In this document: in pieces, positions 22,301-36,289 of the stretch
Numbering within the stretch: position 1 is the stretch's first letter
Layout: every line of letters starts with the position of its first letter
Position numbers and translations under genes: made by a program
The notes under the pieces: generated by a model
Databases searched by the model: none
What the model saw: only the letters and a program-made list of their open reading frames with translations
Told to the model about the DNA's origin: nothing
Source: Octopus sinensis
Taxonomy: Eukaryota
Length of the DNA stretch: 64,000 bases
Direction: 5' to 3'
Assembly (NCBI RefSeq): GCF_006345805.1
Contig: NC_042999.1
Span: 31,806,001 to 31,870,000 of the forward strand

Positions 22301-25300
22301 CAGTAGTTTTATTTTTATAGCGTGCTTTCACTTCACTACCGAGCGCAGCTCTGTGTGCCTTGGGTATGTGCTGTGATTTGTTGTGATGCTCTGATGGTTA
22401 TTGTATGGAAAGTGTTCTGCGTAGGATGTGTGCAGTGCCTAGTAGTGCAATTTTCTGTATGTTATATGTGTTTGTAAGTCCTGGTGTTTTTGTTATGTAT
22501 TTGTCTGAATATTTTTTATCATGCCTAATGCACCTACTATGATAGGAATTGTTTCTGTTTTCAGGTTCCACATTCTAGTTACCTCTATTTCCAGGTCTTT
22601 GTATTTTGAGAGTTTCTCCATTTCTTTTAGAGACACGTTGTCATCTCCGGTATTGATACATCAATTAGAAAGCATCTTTTTTCTGTTGTTATTCCATAAT
22701 GTTGGCATAGCTTCCAATGTATGTAGGTTCCAACTCTGTCATGTCTGTGAATATATTCCTTCTTAGCCAGGACTGGGCAGCTAGAGATAATATGATTTAT
22801 TGTTTCTTGTCCATCTCCACATATTCTGCAGTTATTTGTAATATTTCTTTTCATTACATGTTATTGGTAATTTCTGGTGGGGAGGCTTTGGTCTTGTGCT
22901 GCAATTAAAAATCCCTCTGTTTCTGCTTTGAGTTCTGAGCTTCTCAACCATTGCTGGGATTTTTCTTTGTCTATTTCTTTTGCGTTTAGTTTAGTCCAGT
23001 ATTTACCATGAAGGGGCTTTTATTGCCATCGTTTTATCATGGCTCGTTGTTGTTCTATTTTTAGTTTGGATTTCATTTGTTTTATAGCTTTTGTTGTTTC
23101 TTCATCATCTTCTTCTTCTTCTTTGTGTTTATTAGGTGGTATGATTTCTTGTTTGTATTTGTCAGCTTCCTTAAATACTGAGAACAGTTTTTTGTTTTGC
23201 TCGTGTTTTGCTGCTATCTGGATCAGTTTTCCTTCCTTCAGAAGTAGGTATTTTTGCAGTCCTATGGTGTTTATTTTATAGTAGTTTTCCAGCTGTATAA
23301 GGCCTCTACCACCCTCTATGCGTTGTATATATAGTCTTTCTATGTCAGATTTTGGGTGATGCATCTTAGATCCTGTCAGTATTTTTCTTGTTTTCCTATC
23401 TATTTTGGACAGTTCATTTCGTGTCCAGTTAAGGATATTGTAGCTGTAACTTATAACTGGGACAGCTAAAGTGTTGATACCTATTATCTTGTTTTTAGCA
23501 TTGAGCTCTGTTTTTAGTATTGATCTAACTCGTCTACAATATTTTTATTTTTATTTTCTCTTTCATTTGTGTGTGTTGTGTTTTATCTAGTTCATGGATT
23601 CCTAAGTATTTGTAAGTTTGGCTTTGGTCTAATTCTTTTATTTCATTGGTTTTACCTAGTGTGATGTTGTTACTCTTAACTAGTTTTCCTCTTTTCAGGG
23701 TTACTTTGGCGCATTTTTCTAATCCAAATTTCGTATCTATTTCTTTGGTAAATCCATGAACTGTCTTTAATAGTGTTTCCAGCTGTTTGTCATTTGCAGC
23801 GTATAGTTTTAGGTCATCCATATATAAAAGGTGGCTGATCGTTTTGCCGTAACATTTATATCCGCATCCAGTTCTATTTAGCATATCAGATAGAGGTGAC
23901 AGTGCCAAGCAGAAAAGGAGTGGAGAGAGAGTGTCTCCCTGGAATATTCCTCTTCTAATGGGGATGTCTTTGGTTTTCATGAGTCCCTCTTTTGTTTGGA
24001 GGTGTAGGACTGTTTGGCATTTATTCATAGAGTGCTCTATGAATTTTATGATTGTTGGTGCTACTTTGTTAATGGCTAGTATTTCGAGGATCCATGTGTG
24101 GGGGATGCTATCAAACGCCTTTTTGTAGTCAATCCAGGCCATACTGAGGCCTCTCTTCTTTCTGTGGCTGTCTTCAGTTACGGCTTTATTAATCATTAGT
24201 TTATCTTTACAGCCACATGAGCCCTTGCGGCATCCTTTCTGCTCTTCTGGGAACAGTTTGTTTTCGTCCAGGTGCTTGTTCAGCCTTTGCGATATCACTG
24301 CAGTAAATGCCTTGAACATAGTAGGGAGGCAGGTTATTGGTCTGTAGTTTTCTGGTTTTGTTGTTTCGTTTGATTTGGGAATTAAGATGGTTTTCCCCTT
24401 CGTGAGCCATTCAGGCATTGTCTCTGGCTCTGCTAGTATGCTGTAAAACTTTTCAGCCAGCTTTTTGTGTATCCCTGTTAGATATTTCAACCAGAAGTTG
24501 GGGATCTTGTCATGCCCAGGTGCCTTGCAGTTGTTTAGTTTTTGCAGTGCCTGGGTGACCTCTTCAGTTGTTATGGGGGTCCAAAGTTGTTCAGATGCCG
24601 AGTTTGTTATTTTCATACTCCTTTTTTTTGGCTGTTCGTTCGCCGACCATATTTCTCTCCAGAATTCTTCCAATTCTTCTGCCGTTGGTGCTGCAGTGAC
24701 TTCTATTTTATTTTTGCCCATTTCTTGGTAGAACTTTTTGGGGTCGGAGTTGAACTTTTTTTCTGTTCAAAGAAGCGTTGGCGTTTCTCGTACCGGCGGA
24801 TCCTTTGAGCTTTGGCAAGGATATCTTGCTTCAGCTTTTCCTTAATCTCCGGCAAATCTTTTTCTGTGATGTTATATTTGCGGAGCATTTTTGTTCTCTT
24901 TTTGTTGCTCAGTAGCGTTGCTTTTTTGCTGATTTCATTAAGAATCGACAGGTATTTTCTAATTTGTTTATTTTGTTTTGGATGTTATTTATCCACAGGG
25001 TTTGTTTGGGTGGTGGTACTCCTGTTTGGGCGGGTTTGGGTGAGTATCCAGCTTCTTTTGTGGCTGCAGTGGCTGCTGCGTATATCAAGTCATTTAGTTC
25101 AGTGATATCACTTCTTTTTGTTTCAGTGGCTAGTTCAGTGACGGCTAGGCTTATGTTGTTTATAATTTGTGTTGTTATTGCGTTTATTTTTATTCTTGGG
25201 AGGTATGGTCGGTGGTCCATTTTGGGCTCTGTGGTTTTCAGTTCTTTGATTATTTTATTTTTTATATTATCATAATCATTAGGCTCCCCTTCGTTGTTTA

Positions 25301-25952
25301 CATCGTGTTTGTTGGGAATGTTGCGTTTGTCTTCGTGTTTTACAGTTTCAGTGTTTATATTATTGGGCATTGTTCTGTGGCTTCTATCTACATTTTCCTG
25401 GTGTATTTTTTCTTTTAAATGTTCTATTTCTATTTCTGATATTTTTTTGGCTTTGAGAATGTATCTTCGTACGTTAGCTAATTTATTAGGGTTCATTGCT
25501 GTATCCAAGTCTATATCTCTATTATTTTCCTTCCATATTTTATATGTATGTGTTGTTGTATTTTCATTTTGTGGGTAGAGCATTGCTGTGAAGTATGCGT
25601 GTAAGATAGAAATGTATTCCTCACGTGTCCATTTACGTCTTTTGGGTTTTAATTGCGGGACATGAGGTACAACGTCCGGCCCATTATTTTGACGGTCGTC
25701 ATTTTCGTAGGGTACCGGTCCGTTTATTTCTGTTGTCACATTATTTCGCACGTGTAGTTTTTCGTACATTTTTTGTTGTAGGTTTAATGTACGTACCGCT
25801 CGATTGTTATTCTTGGGTTGAATAGTATCGGTGGCATTTAATTTCTTCGTAGTTCCTTTGTACATGGTGTTTGAGGTCGGGGATGATCGTGTTGTTCCAC
25901 GCATGTTTACATGTGTTGTGTTAGAGGTGGATATAATATCGAGTCAAAATAC
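22301..25952 (-). mobile_element. Full-length R4/Dong-clade non-LTR retrotransposon (single ORF: Myb-like N-terminus, RT, CCHC knuckle, RLE), inactivated
   Basis: ORF pieces 24909-25904 (KRRKWTREEY motif), 24703-24888, 23534-24721 (YRPITCL, WIDYKKAFDSIPH, GIFQGDTLSP, YMDDLKL), 23020-23364 and 22627-22854 (CRICGDGQETINHIISSC, HRHD). The 3' UTR ends AAAATAAAACTACTG. (TAA)n flanks both sides. Confidence 0.92.
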
Positions 25953-26014
25953 ATTATTATTATTATTATTATTATTATTATCATTTTTTTTATCATTATT
26001 ATTATTATTATTAC

Positions 26015-26048
<34 letters not shown>

Positions 26049-26100
26049 GTTGTTGTTGTTGTTGTTGTTGTTGCTCTTATTGTTGTTATTATTATTATTA
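25953..26100. repeat. (TTA)n/(TTG)n array abutting the 5' end of the R4/Dong element
   Basis: Directly visible. Confidence 0.95.
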
Positions 26101-27350
26101 CTGATACACGTCAGACAACCACTAGCACTAGTGTGTTGTTCGATGAGCGTTCCGATTCTGTGGCGTTCTTACTGTTAGTTATAGCATTGACATAGATTCA
26201 AAAGCAACTTACATAGGGTAATACCGAAAGCATACCTACTTCTAAGATACGTTACAGCTAGTTGCTGTTATTGCGTACAAATGTCTTGTCGACCTGAACT
26301 TCAGTATGGAGTTAATTGTTTCATTTTCCTTTATAATTTTCTCTTTGTATTGCTGCTGCTTTTATTATCGACATCGATGCACGAGTGAGTGTTTAAATTT
26401 CACATTTATTTTTACAGTAGAAGGAATGACAGACGTGCTCCACAGTCATCAACTCGTGCTTTTGTATTAGTCATGTAATGTTCTTGATTTCTACCAGCGT
26501 ACTCCTACAATGTAACAAAGTAATTGAGCATTTAGCCTATGAAAAACATTTAATTACAAACGTCTTTAAAATTACTATCGATTATGAACTGGCATATTGA
26601 TTTGGAATATCACGAGCCACGCACAAAAACATGAGAACATCCATACTCATACAAACGGAAAACCAGTGACACATACACTTGTATTAATTACCATATGTCT
26701 ACACACGCGTACACTTTTAATCGTCTGTATCCGTGTATATAAACACATCTATTGAAACATTCGGATCGTCAGACAATCATATATATACTACTTATATACA
26801 TATTTATACAGTGCTAGTCGTGTGTCTTTCGATGTTAATTTATCACTTTTTTTCTTCTTTTTGACAAGCACAAGTGTTCTTGGCCACTTCATCAGCAAGT
26901 GTTTATAAATTGTATATATAAAGTGTTTATTTGAAAATAATTGAAGTATGCCAGACTATCTTTCAAATCTATATTCAACGTAATGAAGAATATATTGCAA
27001 AACACTGGGTGGAAAAATCACCGTCTCAGAAACAGTAATGGATTTATAAGCAGTGAAATATGATATGTTGTAATTTACATCTATCCAATAGAGAGGTGAC
27101 ATAAATATTATCGTGTAAGATATATCACCAATTTTCGTTAAATTGCTATGGATTAAAAGGAATATTTTGCCTGTAATAAAATTTCGTAATTTATATGTCT
27201 AGCATAATGCATAAATTTTAGATTATAAAAAGAAAATGGAAACATACGTCAGGTGCACAATATTTTTCTAAAAGTCTCTCTCACTTTTCATTCTCTTCTT
27301 TTCACTCTCTCTCTCTCTCTATCTATCTATCTTTCAATCTCTCAATATCA

Positions 27351-27390
<40 letters not shown>

Positions 27391-28331
27391 ACACATATAC
27401 ACATACGCCCAAGCACAGATGCACTCACACATGTATATACGAATCTGATATTGAGTAAATTATACATGGAATTACTATTTCTAAGACATAAATTACATAT
27501 GCGTGTTTTAATTTTGCTTTAGTTCTTTAGTAGTCTATATAATATGTACAATGAACAGTTGAAAAAAAAATTGCCTTCTCCTTAAGATCATGTGATTGAT
27601 TTACGGCTTCATTCAGCAGCTAAACTGTCTATATATCCATTTTCTGACAAACAACGCTCTTTTTTCCATCCTACCGCATCAGCAGCAACTCTCAACCACC
27701 TCAACATCACGTCTCTGCTCCTAAACTTTACTACGTTTCTTCCCATTCCCATATTTCTCTTCTCCCCTCAATTCTACCCACTTCTGTTTTTCATCCAATT
27801 CTTATGCACCCTGTCACTTATTCATCGAATCATCTTTTACTTCCACGATATAAATCCGCACCTCTTTATATAATTCCAATTCATTTGAGCCCATCCAGTA
27901 CGACTCGACTTTTACTGTTTCTTCTCTTCACAGTTGAGTTCTTTATTTTATGTTGGGGCAAAGCTGAATGATTAATTCCTCTAAAGCTGACCAGCGATGA
28001 CCTGCTTCAATGTCTACTCTAAACATTTCCTTAGCTTTATTACATCTTGTATCAAATAATCCATAAATAGTCGGGAACCTCGTCACTGGTTATCACAAGG
28101 GTAATATTTGTGAAATGATCAAAAACGTTCGTCAATAACTGTTGACATGCAGGGGGTTCCAACTTTTGATTGTGGGACTGGTTCTCCATTCGCTTACTAC
28201 CTATTTTCCTTTCACTCGTTTCAGTTGATAATTTCTAACTTTCGAAGCATTGAACAAATACACACACCTTTACATGTTTATGTGCGTGTACATCTGTGTT
28301 TGTGTGTTCGTATTTACTTATGTATATATAT

Positions 28332-28401
<70 letters not shown>

Positions 28402-28773
28402 TATAGGAATAAGTAATGGACAATGGGTGTGAGGAGGAAAGAGTGCAGGAAACGCATGTGTCTTGATTTATTTATGTGCATTTATGACCCAAACATATAC
28501 ACGCTTACATAAACCTATTTTTCTATAAATATCCGTTGTATCAAGAAGACAGCATTGTAAAACAATTTCAAGCTACCCAAATTCTTGTTCCATGCAAAAG
28601 AATTAACATTGCAAGAATATCTTAACTACATAACAATAAGTACGAAGATCTGACCCCAGCTCAGCCAGGAAATTTTAAGACTATAACGTTAACCATAACA
28701 CAAAACATACTATAACAGAAAAACTGCTTACGATATTGTTGAACAAGTCTGATATTTTTTAGTTACGATAATA

Positions 28774-28980
28774 ATGATTAAGACTGTCATAAGTTTAATA
28801 AATCTTTTATTCCTGGTTGTGTTGAAAATGGTAGATATTGTTGATGCTGATAGATACAGCTGTACTTATTATGACATTTGTGCAAATGAGATTTGTAGTA
28901 GTGGAAGTGTTTGGTGCGACAATATTTCTGTTCGTGATTTAGCCGTGCAACATTTTGTAAACGAGACAACTATTTTGTAA
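28774..28980 (+). CDS. Candidate first exon or short ORF: signal-peptide-like N-terminus plus Cys-rich segment
   Basis: MIKTVISLINLLFLVVLKMVDIVDA followed by DRYSCTYYDICANEICSSGSVWCDNISVRDLAVQHFVNETTIL. Non-repetitive sequence with possible GTAAAC donors near the end. No transcript evidence. Confidence 0.3.
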   Translation: MIKTVISLINLLFLVVLKMVDIVDADRYSCTYYDICANEICSSGSVWCDNISVRDLAVQHFVNETTIL

Positions 28981-29085
28981 CATATAGTATGTTGAAGGCA
29001 CGTTGTTGTAAGATATATCATATGGTAGGGTAATCTATTCTAAACCCAATATTACCATTGTCATACAATGTATGGCTGGGTACAA

Positions 29086-29147
<62 letters not shown>

Positions 29148-30357
29148 CAGGTGGTAGGTTATAATTGGAAACATATCATATATGAGTTTTAACAATTTTA
29201 ACAATTATATACATCAAAAATAAAACCAAACCTGACATAAAAGTCATAACAAATTATATTAAAATAAATTTATATGTAGTGGAAACAAAATACACGAAAT
29301 TGATTCAATTTCCTGATCAGAGATATTTGTAAAATTAATTCTTTCAAGGCGAGAAAAAATTACGAAAAAGCATAATAAAATAAGATCTATATGAAAACAA
29401 ATGGAAATGTAAAAAAAATATATAAAAGGATACGTGGAACAAGGTAAAAGCAATAAGAAAAAAATTACAACAACAAAACAGCACAATAAAACATGAAATG
29501 AACTATTATGAAACAATTTTCACTAACAAAAAATAATCTCAATAATTTCTAAGTTGTTATGTTATGAAGAAATAATCATTATATTAGAATGTCAGATTAC
29601 ATGTCTGGTTATTGTATACATGATGTATTTAAAATGGCGGTGGTGTTATTTTTGCTGACTGGGTTGGCGGATATGACGGAGGCAGCTGTGTTGTTGTTAG
29701 ATGTACTGTCGATGGGGGATGTGATTGTGGTGAATGTGAAGTTGATGGTGGCAATACTACTGCCTTACTATTATAATTTCTCTTGTTATACTACTGTCTT
29801 GCAGTCTTTTCAAATGGAATTCAATCTATCGGAAAACATAGCAGATGTATTCATTGGTAAGTTCCGACAATTCTTGTTGAAAACAAGAGTATATAAACAA
29901 ATAAATAAATAGTCATTATGTGAATTAAAACATTTTCAAACAACAAGTGATTCTAAATATAAGTGTGTTAGTCTATACGTATATAAAAGCATCCATACAT
30001 AAAAATATACAGACATACAGGCAGGAAAACATACTTACAGAGATACATATACACCTAAGCACATAAACACAACTGTCAAACAAACATACAAACATACAGT
30101 TAATGCATAAATATCTATATACCCGTTTATTTAGATACACAGACAAACAGTTAAATGTACACACAAGATACATGTAAATATGTTGAATTAATGTTTATAT
30201 CAAATCTGTTTCTAAATAGCGCCTCCTAGTATATGTGTATATTTACATGTATGCGTGCGTCTATGTATGTTTTCACACATACTCACACAATTACACACAC
30301 AAATACATCTCAATTCCTGCACACGTATGCCTGGATATATGCAGGTTTCTATGTATG

Positions 30358-30409
<52 letters not shown>

Positions 30410-31291
30410 CGCGTGTGTGTATGTGTTTGTGCGTATACATATACATATATATGTATGTATATATATATACATACACACACACACATATATATGTATGTGC
30501 ATATGTATGTGTATACGTATATACTGCGCTTATAGGTAATTGTATGTGTTCGCGTATTATGTGTGTCTACAGGCATGTAATGTTTGTCGAATAAAATTAT
30601 ACGTCTGTAAGAAACAAAGTTACCGAATCTAAACAAAGAATTATTCAATCACTTGGAATTTACTTGGAGAAGCAAACCTAAGAATGGAGCGAAAGAAATT
30701 GGTATTTTCACTTTTTTTCCTGAGTGAATGTTCCTAGATAATTAGCCTATTGAATATCTAGAGAGTTATTTAATATTGATTAACTGTCAATAGAGTTTCC
30801 TTTGTTTGTAGAAGATTTATTGAAGCTCTTCTGATAAAATTGACATGTTAATGATGGGAGTAACTATTGCGGTAGCTTTACTCGGAATCATTTAAGTATT
30901 AATATTAATATGAAAAGCAAGGGAAAAAAAACAACAACAATAACAGAACAGCTATATAACAAAGAGAAAATAAGGAGATCGTCATAAGAAATAACAACAA
31001 TATTAATAATACAGATAATATCAGTGACCAAATAACGATAAAATATTAAAAATAAGTCATAAGATTATGAAGTAGATGTACACAGAATAGAAGGAAAGGA
31101 GTAGCAGTTAAGAAGAAAAGAAAAAAAAGCTGAAGATTAAGGGAAGAAGGACAGGAAGGAGCATACAAATACGATGTGAAAGAAATGGTTTCCTGCTTCT
31201 TCTGTCAGAACTAAAATAAAGATAAATTACAGCAGAATAGACATCAAAGAACTAGAGACTCTGTCATATTTTATTGATACAATGATGTATG

Positions 31292-31323
<32 letters not shown>

Positions 31324-33289
31324 AGTGTGTGTATGTATGTATATGTAGATGTATGGATGTATGGATGGACGGATGGATATGTGTGAGTGTATTTATATCT
31401 CCCAATACGTACAATATATGGGTGGGTGTACGTATATGTGTGTGAGGGTTTTTTGTGTCTGTGTGTGTCTGTATGTCTGTGTGCGTGTGCATACAGACAA
31501 ACATAGAAGTGTATATGGTAAACATGTGTGTAAATATTTCGGAAATATTTTGAAGATAATTCTTTATGAATAATGATTGAGCAGACGGGTTCCATAATAC
31601 AGCGAGTATATATCAGGTGCTGTGTAAATATGTTTACGTGAATCTAAACCGAAGAAATAATTCAAGATTCTTTTCAGCATTTCTCCGTACCGTGAATGGA
31701 ACGAGAGGCATCATAATTGCAAACACACTATAGTTAAATTTGAAAAATTAATTTTATACCCCTGTCAATCCGCTTAAGATAAAATAAATAATTATTTAAA
31801 TAACATAACGCGAATTTTGTTTTAACTTGATTTGCAAATAATGTATGATAGGAAATCATTATCATTATTGTATTGATCCATAATAATCAAGATTGCTTCG
31901 TGCTATTATTGATCCAAATCATGTCTATCTTAATGGGATAGTTGTTTTGAAATTTTGTTTTTGGATATGATAGCCCACAGAATAAAAAGTTGTTTACCGT
32001 GACGTATCCAGTCGTCGATGATTTCACTGGTATATCTTAGAGGAATTTGCTTGATACACTTTTGAATGGCATATAAGTATGCTACTATTTACTTTTATTT
32101 TTATATTTTCTGCCAATTGATAGAATGCCGGATTCTAGTCTACATCCAGGGCTGCTTTACTAGAATGTTAAACAACGTCAACAAGGTATTTGTGTATGTT
32201 TATATGAACATGCATGAAATATTTGGAGTTGGAGCAGATTTGTACTTTAGCCTCATCTATATACTGTTGTGCATTTGCATGTCTTACGATGTCTTATATA
32301 CTTAAATGATCACCTTTTGGAATCTTTTGCACATTTTCACACTTCCATACATGACGTGTACCTGTTAAATTAGATATCTCCTTCCTGGTTTTGAGAAGCG
32401 TAAAACCTCCATGTTACATAATTTAATACCCAAATAATTACAAATATAAACGTGAACCTGTAATCCAGATGAAGTAGCCGTAAATATTCAGCACTTCAGG
32501 GCTGGATATGTGTTTCTCTCTGATCTTTAATTTTCTGTCGACATTCGCTATTACCGTAAATATTTCTTCATCTCTATCCCAAATCACTATTTCTTGTATA
32601 TTGTATTTGCATTTTAATGGAGCATTGAATGGGAACGTTCCACGCTCGAAAGTCTGGGACTTCTGTTAACGTCAACAACATACAATTATTGTTGAGATGA
32701 ATAAGATTTCGAAAATGTTTAGAGGAATACGATACATTGCTTTGATGCAATGGTGGAACACATAAAATGCTTATAGGGGATGCATTGCCGAGGCCCGTAT
32801 GAGCCATCGATATTTTCTATATAAAAGATTTCTCTTTCACAAATTCCCAGTTTATCCAAATTCTCCTTTAAGCTTTTACTAACAAATCATAGTGCTCCAA
32901 TTACTATTGTCTTGAATACGAATTCATAGTCTGTGTTTAGAAGCTGGAAGTTTCGAAGCAGTTGTCATTATATATCCTCTTTTTCTTTGATTTTTAAAGA
33001 GATATTTATATCTGCAGGGCAGCTGGCCTCTATGACGGTACGTAACTTTGCCTCTATGTTCCAAACCACAATAACCGCCCTGTCATGATTACATATGACA
33101 GACCTTTTGATGGCAATATTCCACAAGTATTCCTTGACTTGATGTTTATGAATGTATTCCATAGCGGAGGGATTTTCCGGATGACTGTGAAACTTGCTCT
33201 AAGCGACGACATCGTGCTGCATAATGAGGTAGTACCGTGACAACATTTTATGACAGCCGCTAATCGCCAACCTGATGTCCTCCACAGAA

Positions 33290-33800
33290 ACATATCATAG
33301 CCTACAAATGCGGTTGCATCTTGGATTTACAAGAGCGTCACTGTCTCTCTTGCTCACCAGGTGCTTTGTAGCAATCTACTCTTCCTGGATTGCAAGCACA
33401 TAGCCTTCCATGTGTGATGTGTTGATGTGTTGCTGTGATCTTGTGTCCAAGAGAGGCTTCACTTATTGCCAATTCTACTGTCTTCTTCAATCTTCCGGGC
33501 AACATACGTATGCATGGTCTTTTTTGTTTGCATACTGAGTACTTTCCATCCAGGTCTCCTCTGATGTGAGGAGATCACCAGGAAGAGAGTGCTTCTTGAG
33601 CAGATCACTGCCAACTCGCAAAATGTTGCTCACTCTCTCTTGAGCAATGCATTTATATATTAGTTTTTGCTGATGTTGTTTAGCAAGTGCAGCTTGAGTA
33701 ATACCATATGCTAATCGAAGGCCGTCTGCATTGGCCTTAGGCCTGTATCACCTTCATTTCTTCTTACGTAGAGCCGGTCAACATCACTGTTTCTGTTTTG
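33290..33800 (-). mobile_element. Old R4/Dong-type relic
   Basis: SDVDRLYVRRNEG.TGL and HMEGYVLAIQEE*IATKHL correspond to SDIERLYIQRIEGGRGL and EGFLIAAQDQ. Confidence 0.7.
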
Positions 33801-34085
33801 AAGTTCTCATTTGTTTATGCATGCATGTATGCATGTATGTATAAATTGATAGCGATAAAGATGCAGCTAAAGCAGAGATGGAAGTGAATGTTCAAGAATA
33901 GATTACGAGTTGTTTCAGGGTGCCTCGAACAAAATCGCAACCACGAAATTAATCACAAGCAAAATAATGACCATTTTCCTACTCTTATGAGGATGAAACG
34001 CAATAAAATCTATGTACTATCACGTTCAAATATCTCGCAAGAGAAGGCCGGACACGTTTTACACATAAGATTGTGATTTGTAGGC

Positions 34086-34998
34086 TACGAGGGACAAACA
34101 AAAGTAATTTGAAGCGTACTCTGTGCGACAAGCCCTTGTAGTTAAGGCTTCCGCTGCCAGCAACCAGTTGATGCGGCCCTGATACATCAGTCTGCCGACT
34201 GGCGTCGTATAGTGAAGTGGTACAGCCACGTGTTCTGTCTCTGTTTTGCAATGCTTCTCCCCTTTTCTTATATTTCGAAACGATGGCTGAAACGAAGAAA
34301 CAACGTGATTCTGTGAAATTCTCTTTTCGGCTGGTGGGAACGGCGGTTAAAGCAGTTATCATGCTTGAAACAGGTTACAAGGACGCTGTGGTAAGTAAAA
34401 CACAAAGTTTACGAGTGGTTTCCACACTTTAGGAAAAGTCACCTGTCGCTTGAAGACCGACCACGTTCAAGACGAATGTCGACATTCCGAACGAATAAAA
34501 ACATCATGAAAATTCATGAACCGTTATTCGAGAACTGCCACTGAACAGTTAACGAATCTGCTGATATATCAGGTGTGTCCTGGAGCTCCTGCCAACGAAT
34601 TTTGAGCAAGGAATTGTGAATGAAAAGAGTTTCACCAAAATTTTGAACTTCGCTTGCTTACGGAAGATCAAAATTAATCACGACGGAATGGGTGTCGTTA
34701 ACGGAAATAAGAGTTGGAACTTGATCCGGACCATTTTTCGGACGTCATCGCTGGTGACGAAAGCTGGTGCTACGAAATTTAAAGATGTGGAAGAGGTAAA
34801 GGAAAAAAACGACAGAAGAGTTAAAAGGCATCACTTCGCAAGTGTTCCAGCACTGCTTCGAAAAGTGGATAACGCTCCTAGAATGATGCATTGCTTTGAA
34901 TCGAATATACTTTGACGGCGATAAAAGTGTAATCATGTAAAACTGAGTGAATAAGGTAATTTTACAATATTCCAGTTTCGTTTTAGTATCCCCTCGTA
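34086..34998 (+). mobile_element. Internally deleted mariner transposon with TA|CGAGGG...CCCTCG|TA ends
   Basis: TACGAGGG at 34086-34093 and CCCTCGTA at 34991-34998. Peptides KQRDSVKFSF, YEWF, SGVSWSSCQRILSKEL and VIAGDESWCY (first catalytic Asp motif). Confidence 0.8.
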
Positions 34999-35996
34999 TG
35001 CCCAACTGGTGATAACTTTCAATTCCCACATTAAACTGCTATTTACAAAGTATTTGTATAAGAAAACATATCGCGATGTACATATTAGATCCACTCACTA
35101 GATAAAGTGGAGCGCATTTAAAAAATGTTCTATTTCAGATGCACTGAGTTACATACATAATAACTAAATCGATACATGTATACAGTATACAGGGAACTTT
35201 TACTTGTTTCAGTCATTCGTCTTCGGGCAGGCTACTTTTTGGTTCCGTTTATCAAATTGATTCACAACGCTTTGATCGGCTATAGTACAAAAGACTTCAC
35301 CAAGTTGGTACATAGTGAAACTAAACATGCAACTATGAGACTGGGAAGCAATATTTTAACCACAGTCACGTCTTTGCTGTAAAGCACAGAGAAACAGTTA
35401 AATGTACACACACATACGCACAGGCACACATACATACACACACATATATAAATATATCAATATATATTCACGTTTATGTGCGAACGTGTGCCTAAGTATG
35501 TGTGGGAGCGTAGTGTGTGTTTGCACTTGTAGAACTGTGCGTGCACGTGCGTGTGTGCGTTTTGTTGTATATTGGAAGTGTCATTATGCTAATACCAAAC
35601 ATACGCACTGGGCTGATTTCCCATTTTTAGTATTAATCATCGCTTTGTAAGGTATTTAACCAACTAACTAATCGAGTCTTTGATTAATTATTCAGTTAAT
35701 CAATTAATCAGTTGAATTTGCCAAAGTACTCTAGGTCAGGTTCACGTTTGAGATCTGAAGCTGAGCTGGAGATGAGAGGTCATGTGTCTGAGGAAATCGA
35801 AAATGGCAACTGAAGTACTTTAGCAAACACAACTGATTGATTCTTTAAACTATTAATTAATCAGATAAGCGATTAGTTAGTTTGATAAATAGGTACCTAA
35901 TTGAGGGATAATGATAAAGAAGGGAAATTGTACATGCACGTGTATCAATAATATCGGTTTCCAGACACGAGTTTCTATAAAAATATAAACATCTAT

Positions 35997-36058
<62 letters not shown>

Positions 36059-36289
36059 TATATATATATTATATATATATATACATACATCCAAACACAT
36101 ATCTATCTATATTATTATTGTTGTTGCTGCTTTACATCTGAGTTATCGGTCTTATTTACTCTGGTTGATTCTGAGAGTGTGCACAGCAGCCTGTTGTTAG
36201 AGGTCTCACGCGGTCTATTTCCTCAGATAATAAGCTTTGATACTAGGTTGCAAATCATCATGGAATACATTCAGCAACCAAGTAACAAC

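Noticed and set aside
29600-29760. Minus-strand Thr/Asn-rich peptide
   Set aside because: Low complexity, no convincing splice sites, and probably a decayed triplet repeat.
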